64,000 nt of DNA from Vicinamibacterales bacterium (GTDB lineage: Bacteria > Acidobacteriota > Vicinamibacteria > Vicinamibacterales > UBA8438), in contig OZ241978.1 of NCBI GenBank assembly GCA_965204175.1, positions 4,282,728-4,346,727 of the forward strand, in the 5' to 3' direction. Below are positions 36,599 through 45,795 of the stretch, one piece after another. Below the pieces are notes generated by a model. That model was not told the DNA's origin. It made no database searches and worked only from the letters and a program-made list of their open reading frames with translations. A program made the translations under genes and the position numbers. Numbering within the stretch: position 1 is the first letter of the stretch; every line of letters begins with the position of its first letter.

Positions 36599-37318
36599 TC
36601 AACGATCGAGAGACATCACACGCGCCAGCGCCGCGAAGTCCTCGACGATCAGATCCGGCTGGTGCGGCGAATCGCCGAAAGGGCGCCGGCGGCGGTCGAT
36701 GAACGCCGTACGCATCCCGTAGGCCTTGGCGCCGATGCAGTCGAACGCGTGGTTGGCGACGAAGAGCACGCTCGAACGGTCGACGCCGAGCAGCTCGCAC
36801 GCCTTCGCGTAGGTCGCATGGTGCGGCTTGAAGTAGCCCGCCTCCTCCACCGAGATCACCGCGTCGAAGTCGAATCCGATGTGCGGCTTCGCCGCCTCCA
36901 GCATGTCGCGGTCGCCGTTGGAGAGAATCGCCAGCCGATACCGCTGGTGCAGCCGGCCGAGCACCTCCAGCACGTCGGGAAACGGCTTCAGCCGCTCGAT
37001 GCAGGCAACGAGCCAGCGCACCTCGTCGTGGGTGTGTTCGATGCCGGAGCGCCGCAGGACCTGCGAGACCGCGCGGTGCCCGATCTGCCGGTAGGACGTG
37101 TGGCCGCGGTCGCACAACGCGTCGATCATCGAGTCTTCGAAGTGCGTGCGCCGCCACCAGGTCACGAAGCGGTGCGGGTCGCCCTGCCAGCCCTTTCCGG
37201 CCAGGAAGGGCGTCACCATCCCGGTCAGTCCGCCCTGCATGTCGACGACCGTGCCGTACTGGTCGAACATCAGGGTGGTGACTTCGCGGCGCAGCAGGCC
37301 GGCCTCGGTTGCGTGCAT
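36599..37318 (-). CDS. Haloacid dehalogenase type II / HAD hydrolase
   Basis: HAD motifs 'LMFDQYGTVVDMQ', 'LAILSNGD' and 'YFKPH' are present. The gene is convergent with the previous HAD gene. Confidence 0.8.
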   Translation of the reverse strand: MHATEAGLLRREVTTLMFDQYGTVVDMQGGLTGMVTPFLAGKGWQGDPHRFVTWWRRTHFEDSMIDALCDRGHTSYRQIGHRAVSQVLRRSGIEHTHDEVRWLVACIERLKPFPDVLEVLGRLHQRYRLAILSNGDRDMLEAAKPHIGFDFDAVISVEEAGYFKPHHATYAKACELLGVDRSSVLFVANHAFDCIGAKAYGMRTAFIDRRRRPFGDSPHQPDLIVEDFAALARVMSLDR

Positions 37319-37459
37319 GACCTGGCTATTCTGCCCGCAGGGCGGTCAGCGGGTCGAGTCCGGCCAAGCCGAGGAGCCTGGGACCGCGGCGAACGGCCGC
37401 TTCCAGCTACAGACAGGATCCGGTCCTTCCGATACCACTATCACAGGAGCAAGTTGCGG

Positions 37460-37720
37460 ATGTCGCAGTTCATGACCTGCCACGAAACCGGCAGCCGGCG
37501 CCCGCGGCAGATCCCCATTCGGGAGGTCGCCAAGGTCGAGCCGCAGGACCCCGCGTGGGCCATCTTCAGCCCCACGACGATCACGTTGAAGTCCGGCGAG
37601 CGGCTCAAGGTCATCGAGCCGCCGTGCACGGTGCGCGAGATGACCCGCGGCACGCTCGTTGCGAACGGCGCGCAGGCGCCTGCAGGTGATGGACGACGCG
37701 CGGCCGTCATCGCCCGGTAG
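37460..37720 (+). CDS. Small conserved-looking protein, tandem paralog A (86 aa)
   Basis: AGGAG lies 9 nt upstream. The product is 'MSQFMTCHETGSRRPRQIPIREVAKVEPQDPAWAIFSPTTITLKSGERLKVIE', about 60% identical to paralog B. Confidence 0.55.
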   Translation: MSQFMTCHETGSRRPRQIPIREVAKVEPQDPAWAIFSPTTITLKSGERLKVIEPPCTVREMTRGTLVANGAQAPAGDGRRAAVIAR

Positions 37721-37785
37721 TCGACCCGCCGGGCTACAGCTCCGCGCCGGAACTTCCGATACCCGCAACACACGGGAGGTTGCAG

Positions 37786-38001
37786 ATGTCACAGTTCATG
37801 GCCTGCCACGAAACGAGCACTCGGCGCCCCCGCTTGATCCCCATAGGCGAAGTCGCCAGGGTTGAGCCCCAGAACCCGGCACGGGCCGTCTTCGCCCCCA
37901 CGACGATCACGCTGAAGTCCGGCGAGCGGGTTCACGTCGTCGAACGACTGGCCACGGTGCAAGCCATGGCGTACAGCCCCCTGTTGACGCTCGACGCGTA
38001 G
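37786..38001 (+). CDS. Small conserved-looking protein, tandem paralog B (71 aa)
   Basis: GGGAGG lies 6 nt upstream. The product is 'MSQFMACHETSTRRPRLIPIGEVARVEPQNPARAVFAPTTITLKSGERVHVVE'. The stop abuts the next ORF. Confidence 0.55.
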   Translation: MSQFMACHETSTRRPRLIPIGEVARVEPQNPARAVFAPTTITLKSGERVHVVERLATVQAMAYSPLLTLDA

Positions 38002-38049
38002 GTGAGCACGTCCGTCACGACCCCTGCGGGCCTCGTGCGACCCAGCCGT

Positions 38050-39060
38050 ATGGCAATCCGGGTCCTTGCGGCCGCCGACATACGGCGCGCGCTCACCGCG
38101 CGCGACGCGGTGGACGCCATGCGGGTCGCGTTCGGGGAGCTGTCCGGCGGCACCGCCGCGGTCCCGGTTCGCGCCCACCTGGAGAGCCCCCGCGGCCTCA
38201 TGCTGGTCATGCCGGCCGTACTCGGCAACCACGGGGCGCTCGGCGCGAAGGTGGTGTCGGTGTTTCCGGACAACCCCGCGCGGGGCGCGCCGATGGTGCA
38301 GGGCGCCGTCCTGCTCCTCGATGCGGAGACCGGCCGCGCCCGCGCGTTGCTCGACGGGGCGGCGCTGACCGAAGTGCGCACCGCCGCCGGCAGCGCGCTC
38401 GCCACGGAGCTGCTCGCACCCCGCGACACCGACATCCTGGCCGTGTTCGGCGCCGGCGCGCAGGGACGAGCGCACGTCGAGCTGCTCGCGAGGACGCGCC
38501 GGCTGCGGGAAGTGCGGATCGTGTCGCGGTCGGGGACGAGCGCAGAGCGGTTGGCCGCCCGATTGTCGGAAGCCGCGGACACCTTGACGCCGGAGGACGA
38601 TCCGGGTCCGCCGCCGGTCCTGCGCGCGGTGCGGGATCCGGCCGCGGCCCTCGCCGGCGCGCGCCTGGTCGTGACCGCGACCGGCAGCACACGGCCGGTG
38701 TTCAACGCTCGCGACCTGGAACCCGGTGCGCACGTGAACGCCGTCGGCTCCTACCGCCCCGACATGCAGGAGCTCGATGCCGACGTGGTGCGGCGGGCCC
38801 GCGTCGTGGTGGATCACCGTCAGGCGGCCTGGGCCGAAGCCGGCGATCTCGTCATCCCGCTCGAAGCGGGCCTGATCGGCAGGGACGCCGTCGCCGCGGA
38901 GCTCGGCGAGATCGTCAACGGAAGGGCGCCCGGCGGACGCGGGGACCACGACTTCACGCTCTTCAAGTCCGTCGGGAACGCCGCCCAGGACATCGCCATC
39001 GCCCAGGCTGCCGTCGCGGGCGCCGAACGCGCGGGCCTCGGCGTCCTGGCGCCGTTCTGA
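38050..39060 (+). CDS. Ornithine cyclodeaminase / mu-crystallin family protein
   Basis: 'LTEVRTAAGSALATELLA' and the Rossmann motif 'LAVFGAGAQGRAHV' fit the family. An alternative GTG start lies at 38002. Confidence 0.85.
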   Translation: MAIRVLAAADIRRALTARDAVDAMRVAFGELSGGTAAVPVRAHLESPRGLMLVMPAVLGNHGALGAKVVSVFPDNPARGAPMVQGAVLLLDAETGRARALLDGAALTEVRTAAGSALATELLAPRDTDILAVFGAGAQGRAHVELLARTRRLREVRIVSRSGTSAERLAARLSEAADTLTPEDDPGPPPVLRAVRDPAAALAGARLVVTATGSTRPVFNARDLEPGAHVNAVGSYRPDMQELDADVVRRARVVVDHRQAAWAEAGDLVIPLEAGLIGRDAVAAELGEIVNGRAPGGRGDHDFTLFKSVGNAAQDIAIAQAAVAGAERAGLGVLAPF

Positions 39061-39184
39061 ACCCGCACGGCGGCAAAGGCGCCTCCGGACGCGGGTCGGG
39101 CGGCGTGGGGAACCGCGAATCGACGCGGTCCCATTCGAAGCGTTCAAAGGTCTCCAGAAGCAGCCCCCGCTCGTCCATGCGGGG

Positions 39185-39907
39185 TCAGGCGGGCGGCGGC
39201 GCTTCCTCCCAACGGCCGCCGACCAGCAGTTGCAGCGGCCGGTAGTCGATCTTGTAGCGCATCCTGGGCGACTCGGCGATCCAGAAGCCGAGATACAGGT
39301 GCGGCAGGCCGCGGCGCTGGCACTCCTCCACCTGCTTGAGGATCGCGAAGACGCCGAGGCTCCGGCCCGGCAGATCGGGATCGAAGAACGTGTAGATCGC
39401 CGAGAGCCCGTGATCGTGGGTGTCGGTGACGGCGGTGGCCACCAGCCGATCTCCGAGCCATGCGTTCAGGAAGAACGTCCCGGCCCAGTCCGACCGGGCG
39501 ATGTGGTCCAACTGGCTTCGCGACGGCGGGTACATCTCGCCGTCCCGGTGGCGGCCGACAATGTAGCGGGCGTAGAGATCGAAACAGGCATCGTCGACCT
39601 CCGCCGGTCGCGCGCCCACGGTCAGGTCCGCGTTCTTCTTCAGCACGCGGCGGAACCGGCGCCCCCACCGGAAGCGATCCACGGCGACGCGCGTGGGTAT
39701 GCAGGCCTGGCAGGCGTCGCAGCGGGGACGATACAGATCGGGGCCCGACCGGCGGAACCCGGCGCGCGCGAAGGTCGCGTAGTCCTCCGCGGAACGCGGC
39801 TCGTACGGATGGAGCAACTGCGTTCGCGCCTCCCGATCGGCGAAGTAGAGACACTGGTGGGAGGCGAGGAGAAAGCGCCTGGGTGCAGCGGTCGCCGATA
39901 CCGACAT
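39185..39907 (-). CDS. bpt: Arginyl/leucyl-tRNA--protein transferase (Bpt/ATE family)
   Basis: The motifs 'FRRSGPDLYRPRCDACQACIPTRV' and 'SAIYTFFDPD...SLGVFAIL...YLGFWI' fit the Bpt family. Confidence 0.8.
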   Translation of the reverse strand: MSVSATAAPRRFLLASHQCLYFADREARTQLLHPYEPRSAEDYATFARAGFRRSGPDLYRPRCDACQACIPTRVAVDRFRWGRRFRRVLKKNADLTVGARPAEVDDACFDLYARYIVGRHRDGEMYPPSRSQLDHIARSDWAGTFFLNAWLGDRLVATAVTDTHDHGLSAIYTFFDPDLPGRSLGVFAILKQVEECQRRGLPHLYLGFWIAESPRMRYKIDYRPLQLLVGGRWEEAPPPA

Positions 39908-39917
39908 CAGTCAACCC

Positions 39918-40973
39918 TCACCCCCGCGCTGCCGAGGCAATCTCGCGGATTGCGCCGAGCGCCCTCTCGACGCCCTGCCGGGAGACGTCCAGATGGGTAA
40001 CTGCCCGAATCTGCCCTCCCGCACCGCCCATTCGCACGCCGGCCGCGGCCAGGCGGTCGACGAACTCCCGGTTGCTCAGCCCCAGGCCGCTCACGTCGAA
40101 GAAGACCATGTTGGTCTCCGGCGCGGCGTTGCGCACCTCGATGCCGTCGATGGTCGCCAACCCGCTCGCCAGCAGGCGGGCGTGCTCGTGGTCCTCGGCC
40201 AGCCGGCCGACGTGGTGGTCGAGGGCGTACAGGCAGCCCGCCGCGGCGACGCCGGCCTGCCGCATCGCCCCGCCGAAGAGCTGCTTGTAGCGGCGCGCCG
40301 CGGCGATGAAGTCGCGCGACCCGGCCAGCACCGCGCCGATGGGCGCGCCGAGCCCCTTGGTGAAGTCGATCCAGAGGCTGTCCACCTCGGCCGCGAATGA
40401 CGCCGCCCCGATGCCGCTCGCCACGCTGGCGTTCATCAGCCGCGCGCCGTCCATGTGGAGGGGCACGCCGCGCGATCGCGCACAGGCCGCGACCGCGGCG
40501 AGCTCTTCCCGCGTCCAGACCGCGCCGCCGCCGAAGTTGTGGGTCTGCTCGACGCAGACCAGTCCGACCGGCTGGCCGTAGGGCACCGGGACCGCGACCA
40601 CCCGGTCCAGCGCCGCCTCCAGCTCGGCCGGCGTGAAGACGCCGCGCCCGGTGTGGATGCCCTGCACCATCACGCCGGAGGCGAGCGCCGCGCCGCCCGA
40701 TTCGGCGCGAATCACGTGCGCCATCGCCTCGGCCACCAGCGCGTCCCCCGGCCGGGTGTGCGTCTTGACCGCCACCAGGTTGCACATCGTCCCGGTCGGC
40801 AGCCACAGCGCCGCCTCCTTGCCGAGCAGGTCCGCCACCCGTTCCTGGAGCCGCGTGACGGTCGGGTCCTGTCCCTTCTGCTCGTCGCCCACCTCGGCCG
40901 CGGCCAGCGCCGCGCGCATGCCGGCCGTCGGGCGGGTCTCGGTGTCGCTGGCGAGCGAGACGACGGTATCCAA
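39918..40973 (-). CDS. ltaE: Low-specificity L-threonine aldolase (PLP-dependent)
   Basis: 'LASDTETRPTAGMRAALAAAEVGDE', 'PTGTMCNL' and 'DFTKGLGAPIGAVLAG' fit the family. A TTG start at 40973 has GGAAGGG/GAGGGA upstream. The conserved N-terminus rules out the first downstream ATG. Confidence 0.75.
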   Translation of the reverse strand: MDTVVSLASDTETRPTAGMRAALAAAEVGDEQKGQDPTVTRLQERVADLLGKEAALWLPTGTMCNLVAVKTHTRPGDALVAEAMAHVIRAESGGAALASGVMVQGIHTGRGVFTPAELEAALDRVVAVPVPYGQPVGLVCVEQTHNFGGGAVWTREELAAVAACARSRGVPLHMDGARLMNASVASGIGAASFAAEVDSLWIDFTKGLGAPIGAVLAGSRDFIAAARRYKQLFGGAMRQAGVAAAGCLYALDHHVGRLAEDHEHARLLASGLATIDGIEVRNAAPETNMVFFDVSGLGLSNREFVDRLAAAGVRMGGAGGQIRAVTHLDVSRQGVERALGAIREIASAARG

Positions 40974-40978
40974 TCCCT

Positions 40979-42969
40979 CTACCCTTCCGGCAAGGCGAAC
41001 GCCACGAGCCGCGCGTCGGGGCCGGCCCCGGTGGCGATCAGGACGAACTGCCGGCCCACGCGCGAGCGGTAGGTCATCGGGTTGCCGCTGGTCCGGAACT
41101 CGGTGGGCACGCGGCTCACCTCGCGGCCGGTCTCGGCGTCGAACGCATAGAGATACGGGTCGCCGCCGCCGAGCAGGACGAGCCCGCCGCCGGTGACCAG
41201 CGGACCCGGGGCGCCCGGCGTGCCGAGCCGCTCGGGCAGCTCGACGCCCCGCAGCAGCGGATGCGCGCGCATGACCCGGCTGCCCTCTCCGAACGGCACG
41301 CTCCAGGCGATGTCGCCCGCGTTCAGATCGATGGAGACGAGGCGCGCGTACGGGGGCTTGACGAGCGGTATCGGCCCGAGCCGGCTCCGCTCTGCCGGGA
41401 TGTACCCGCCCAGCCCGCGGAAGATGCCCGCCGAGCCGCCGCGCGGGCAGTTGTTCGTGTAGGCGACGTCGACGTCCGGGAGATCGGGATCGGTCTCGCA
41501 CACCTGGTTGGGCGACACCCCTTCCGACGTCCGCACGTAGAGCCGGTTGGTGGTCGGGTCGAACGCGGCCCCGCCCCAGTTGGCGCCGCCGTCCACGCGC
41601 GGCCGTTGCAGCGTTCCCTGCAGGCTGGGGGGCGTGAAGAGCGGCCCGAGCCGGTAGGTCTGCAGCTCCTCCACCGCGAGGCGGTGGATCTCGGGCGTCA
41701 GGTCGTTGGCGTCGTCCAGCGACACCCCCTGCGCGGCGAACGGCGGCGGCTTCGTCGGGAACGGCTGGGTCGGATACGGCACCTCTCCCGGCACGTCGGT
41801 CTCGGTGTCCACCGGCCGCTCCTCGATCGGCCAGACCGGCTCGCCCGTCACCCGGTCGAAGACGTAGGTGAAGCCCTGCTTGGAGACCTCGGCCACCGCA
41901 TCGATGGTCCGGCCGTCCACCTCCAGCGTCATCAGGTTCGGGGCGGATGTGAAGTCGTAGTCCCACAGCCCGTGGTGCACGGCCTGGAAGTGCCACTCGC
42001 GCTGCCCCGTCCGCGCGTCGAGGCAGACGAGCGACTCCGCGAACAGGTTGGCCCCGAGCCGCCGGCCGCCCCAGTAGTCGCTGCTCGGGGTGCTCGTGGG
42101 GACGTACAGCAGCCCGCGCTCGGCATCCAGGGACATCAGTTGGCGTGCCCGGTGAAGCGCCAGGAGGCGCCCTCCCAGGTGTCGGCCCCGAACGCGTCGT
42201 TCGACTGCGGCACGGTGTAGAAGACCCAGCGCCGCTCGCCGGTGTGGACGTCGAAGGCCTGCACCGAGCCCGGCGTGTCGAACCGCTGCTGGATGCGATC
42301 CGGCACGCGGCTGCCGACGATGACGAGGTCCTCGAAGACGACCGGCGGCGAGGTCTGGTCGAACATCTCGTGGGTGACGGGGTTCGGGAAGTTCTCGGTC
42401 AGCAGCACGCGGCCGTCCTCGCCGAACGAGCGGATCAGCGACCCGTCAGCCGCGTTCAGTGCATACAGGCTGTCGCGGCTGTTGATGAAGACTCGCATGT
42501 CATCGCCCGCGCCCGCCGCCCGGTTGCCGGTGGCCGGCCACACCGCGACGCCGCGGTGCTTGAAGCCGCCGGGAGGCCCGCCGTCCGGGCCGGTGCGCCA
42601 CGCCTCGGGATCGAACGCCCAGAGCTGCTCCCCCGTCTCGGCGTCGAGGGCGACCACCCGCGTGTACATCGTCGACACGTAGACGACGTTGTCGATCATC
42701 AGCGGCATCACCTCGAAGCTGCCCGGCCGCGTCCGGAACTCCTGGTTCGGCAGCTCGTTCGGCTCCCAGGTCCAGGCGATCTCGAGCCGGTCGACGTTCG
42801 AGGCGTCGATGTCGGCCAGCGGCGAGTACTTCGACGCCGCCTGGTCGGCGCCCACGTAGGGCCATTCGACCATCTCCGCGGGCTCCTGCGCCGCGGCGGG
42901 TGCGCCAGCCAGCAGCGCCGTCGCGAGCACGGCCGCCGCCGTCCTGATGATTCGTGTCGTCCTGTGCAT
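40979..42969 (-). pseudogene. Secreted PQQ-dependent dehydrogenase split by a single frame break
   Basis: The N-terminal ORF (signal peptide, '...WRFTGHAN*') and the C-terminal ORF ('MSLDAERGLLYVP...WHFQAVHHGLWDYD') overlap at TGATG (42134-42138). Adding one G restores 'GHANWMSLDAERG'; compare paralog 1, 'GANTWSFFTVDAERG'. This may be a sequencing error. Confidence 0.65.
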
Positions 42970-42997
42970 CTCCCGAAACTCCTCTCGATCCCGCCGT

Positions 42998-44059
42998 TCA
43001 GCGATCACGGGTGCGGGTGCGCCGCCTGGCACGCCGCCGCTGCTCCAGGCGGACCAGCAGATCCGCCTCATCGCGACAGGCCAGCGCGGCGGCGGCGAGC
43101 ACATTCGGATCCTCGCCCGCGATCCGTACGGCCAGCCGCTCGGAGACGGCCACCCCACGGTTCCGCAGGATTGCAAGGATGATCTCCATGCCCCCTTCCG
43201 CTCGACCGGCAGCCACCCCTTCCGCACGGGCGGCAGCTACCCCTTCCGCGCGGCCGGCAGCCACTCCCTCCGCGCGCGCTTCGCGGCGCTGCGCCCCCAG
43301 CCACACATCATCGTCCGGGCCGGTCCCCGCAGCCTCCCCCAGCACACGCCCGACCCGCTCCAGCACGGCGCACGTCGACTCCGACAGCGCCGCCTCGTTG
43401 AAAGCCGCGTGGATCTCCACCGCCGTCCAGCCGGGCAGCACAACGCTCGCCGCCACGGACCGGTAGCCGTCCGTCGACCGCCGGTGAATGGTCAGGCCCG
43501 GGCGCCGGCGCGGCGACCCACCCTCCGGCACCTCCACCCATACCTCCTGAAAACCCCACGCCTCGTACAGCCCCAGCTTGCCCCGCCGCACGTCGGTCGA
43601 GTAGTCGACCTCCAGCACCACGTCCGGCAGGTGGTCCGAGCCCACCTCGACGGCGGCGCCGCGGGGCCGCGTCTCCACCGGATCCAGAAAGACCACCTGG
43701 TCCGCCTGCAGGATGCGCTGCCGCTCGCCCCGTGCGTTGCGGAGCAGCAGGTCCGCCGCGCCCAGCGTCAGGATCGGCGCCCCGCGGATGGCCGCGATGC
43801 GCGTCAGCAGACCGCTGAGCACCTGCCCCGGACCCTCGTGGTAGACCGTGTTCGGCTCGCATGCCACCCAGGCCGTCTCGGTCGCCGCGTCCCAGTACTC
43901 GATGCGGCTCTCGTGGTCGGCGATGGCGTCGCGCGTGATGCGGATGGGCCGGCAGCCGGGGAATTCAGGGGTGGGTTCCGAGACGTCGGCCCGAGCAGAG
44001 ACGGGAGCCGACTCCGGGACGGCGGAACCGGACGGCGAGGCGAAGCGGCGGGAGGTCAT
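42998..44059 (-). CDS. Uma2/DUF820-like PD-(D/E)xK nuclease-fold protein with a DUF4351-like C-terminal tail, copy 1
   Basis: 'QADQVVFL...LPDVVLEVDYSTDVRRGKLGLYEAWGFQEVWVEVPE' fits the Uma2 core pattern. The C-terminus is 'MEIILAILRNRGVAVSERLAVRI...DLL'. Copy 1 is about 90% identical to copy 2. Confidence 0.55.
   Translation of the reverse strand: MTSRRFASPSGSAVPESAPVSARADVSEPTPEFPGCRPIRITRDAIADHESRIEYWDAATETAWVACEPNTVYHEGPGQVLSGLLTRIAAIRGAPILTLGAADLLLRNARGERQRILQADQVVFLDPVETRPRGAAVEVGSDHLPDVVLEVDYSTDVRRGKLGLYEAWGFQEVWVEVPEGGSPRRRPGLTIHRRSTDGYRSVAASVVLPGWTAVEIHAAFNEAALSESTCAVLERVGRVLGEAAGTGPDDDVWLGAQRREARAEGVAAGRAEGVAAARAEGVAAGRAEGGMEIILAILRNRGVAVSERLAVRIAGEDPNVLAAAALACRDEADLLVRLEQRRRARRRTRTRDR
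43191..43262. repeat. 24-bp tandem repeat (3 copies plus a partial) inside Uma2-like copy 1, encoding (RAEGVAAG)n
   Basis: The copies are 'ccccttccgctcgaccggcagcca', 'ccccttccgcacgggcggcagcta' and 'ccccttccgcgcggccggcagcca'. Copy 2 of the gene carries only one unit. Confidence 0.85.
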
Positions 44060-44201
44060 GCAGCCATGCTAACACCCTGCCGGTGACGGTCGGGATCCCG
44101 CGCGTTACCGGCGCCCGGGCGGCGTCACGGCCGCGTCCGAACGCGCGGCAGCGGCCGATTCCCCTTGCAGGGGAAACCGTGAAGCGATCGCAGCGTCCCT
44201 C

Positions 44202-45296
44202 TCATCGGTCACGGGTGCGGGTGGGCCGGTCGGCACGCCGCCGCCGGTCCAGGCGGGCCAGCAGGTCCGCCTCGTCGCGACAGGCCAGCGCGGCGGCGGC
44301 CAGCACATCCGGATCCTCGCCCGCGATCCGTACGGCCAGTCGCTCGGAGACGGTCAGCCCGCGGTTCCGCAGGATTGCAAGGACGATCTCCATGCACCCT
44401 TCCGCGCGCGCTTCCCGGCGCTGCGCACCCAGCCAGACATCGTCGTCCGGACCGGTTCCCTCGGCCTCGCCCAGCGCTCGGCCGACCCGCTCCAGCACGG
44501 CGCACGTCGACTCCGACAGCTCGGCCTCGTTGAAGGCCGCGTGGATCTCCGCCGCGGTCCAGCCCGGCAGCGCAATGCTCGCCGGCACGGCCCGGTAGCC
44601 TTCCGTCGACCGACGGTGGATGGTCAGGCCCGGTCTCCGGCGCGGCGACCCACTCTCCGGCACCTCCACCCATACCTCCTGAAAACCCCACGCCTCGTAC
44701 AGCCCCAGCTTGCCCCGCCGCACGTCGGTGGCGTAGTCGACCTCCAGCACCACGTCCGGCAGGTGGTCCGAGCCCACCTCGACGGCGGCGCCGCGGGGCC
44801 GCGTATCCACCGGATCCAGAAACACCACCTGGTCCGCCTGCAGAATGCGCTGCCGCTCGTCCCGTGCATTGCGGAGCAGCAGGTCCGCAGCACCCAGGGT
44901 AAGGATCGGCGCTCCGCGGATGGCCGCGATTCGTGTCAGCAGGCCGCTGAGCACCTGGCCCGGACCCTCGTGGTAGACCGTGTTCGGCTCGCACGCCACC
45001 CAGGCCGTCTCGGTCGCCGCGTCCCAGTACTCGACGCGGCTCTCGTGGTCGGCGATGGCGTCGCGGGTGATGCGGATGGGCCGGCAGCCGGGGAACTCCG
45101 GAGTGGGTTGCAGGACGTCGGCTCGCGCGCAATCCGAGGCTGGCGTCGCGGCAGTGGCCCCGGTGGGCACAGGGACGGACCCAGCGGGCGCGGAGTCGGG
45201 GGCAACGCGTGCAGAGACCGGGGTCACCCCCGCGGAGACGAGGGCGGTCGAGTCGGTAGCGGAAACGGCCGGCGCGGACACGCGACGGGAAGTCAT
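44202..45296 (-). CDS. Uma2/DUF820-like PD-(D/E)xK nuclease-fold protein with a DUF4351-like tail, copy 2
   Basis: This is a tandem paralog of 42998..44059. It has a longer Ala/Ser/Pro/Val-rich N-terminus and lacks the 24-bp repeat expansion. Confidence 0.55.
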   Translation of the reverse strand: MTSRRVSAPAVSATDSTALVSAGVTPVSARVAPDSAPAGSVPVPTGATAATPASDCARADVLQPTPEFPGCRPIRITRDAIADHESRVEYWDAATETAWVACEPNTVYHEGPGQVLSGLLTRIAAIRGAPILTLGAADLLLRNARDERQRILQADQVVFLDPVDTRPRGAAVEVGSDHLPDVVLEVDYATDVRRGKLGLYEAWGFQEVWVEVPESGSPRRRPGLTIHRRSTEGYRAVPASIALPGWTAAEIHAAFNEAELSESTCAVLERVGRALGEAEGTGPDDDVWLGAQRREARAEGCMEIVLAILRNRGLTVSERLAVRIAGEDPDVLAAAALACRDEADLLARLDRRRRADRPTRTRDR

Positions 45297-45492
45297 CGAG
45301 TCATCCTACCACCCGGGTCGGTGGTGGCTGGCCTCTCGTCGCTCGAATGCGGCGGGGCCTTCGCCGGGGGCTGCCAGGTCGACTGACCAACTTGCGACTC
45401 GGCTGCACGACCTCGTGCTGCTGTGTCGCCGGCATCATCGGGCCGGTCACAGACTGACTCCAGCGCGGCTGCAGTCGGCGCGCGGGCGTAGT

Positions 45493-45795
45493 TCAGCGAA
45501 TCACGAACCGGGTTACCTGTCGCCCGTCAGCAGCCAGAAACGCTCCGGCGTCGTTAATTTGAAACCGACCGCCTCGTGGCTGCACATACAAGACATCATC
45601 AACCATCTCGTCCAGTAGAGCGAGTCTGCCTTCCATGTACTCACGTTCACTCTCAGGCGTATATCCGTCGGTCGTGTACGGCCAAACTTGGTGTCTGCCA
45701 TTGCAACTGAACGTCGCCGGCCATCCGTACCGTGGCTTGATCTGACTGTCCTTGAGGTAGTCGAACTGGCGACGAGTCATGGTTCGGCTTCTCAT
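45493..45795 (-). CDS. Hypothetical protein (~100 aa), lower-GC islet
   Basis: The product is protein-like: 'RRQFDYLKDSQIKPRYGWPATFSCNGRHQVWPYTTDGYTPESEREYMEGRLALLDEM'. It lies directly downstream of the GGCT-like gene. The start is uncertain (45780, 45795 or 45891). Confidence 0.5.
   Translation of the reverse strand: MRSRTMTRRQFDYLKDSQIKPRYGWPATFSCNGRHQVWPYTTDGYTPESEREYMEGRLALLDEMVDDVLYVQPRGGRFQINDAGAFLAADGRQVTRFVIR

Noticed and set aside
42134-42138. The TGA in the split PQQ dehydrogenase as a second selenocysteine codon.
   Set aside because: The downstream conserved sequence is in a different frame (TGATG overlap), so read-through would not restore the protein. A 1-nt indel explains it.
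43191-43262. The 24-bp tandem repeats, considered as a mini CRISPR-like array.
   Set aside because: The repeats are contiguous with no spacers, lie inside an ORF, keep the reading frame (8-aa units) and have no cas genes nearby. This is a coding minisatellite.
44159-44175. A 7-bp stem / 3-nt loop hairpin (ttcccct-tgc-aggggaa) between the two Uma2-like genes, considered as a terminator.
   Set aside because: No U-tract follows on the minus strand. It is a short stem of modest stability, noted only.
45466-45520. The 'gcgggcgtagttcagcg...' stretch resembling a tRNA 5' half.
   Set aside because: No anticodon arm or T-arm can be folded. The stretch overlaps the 3' end of the ORF at 45493..45795.
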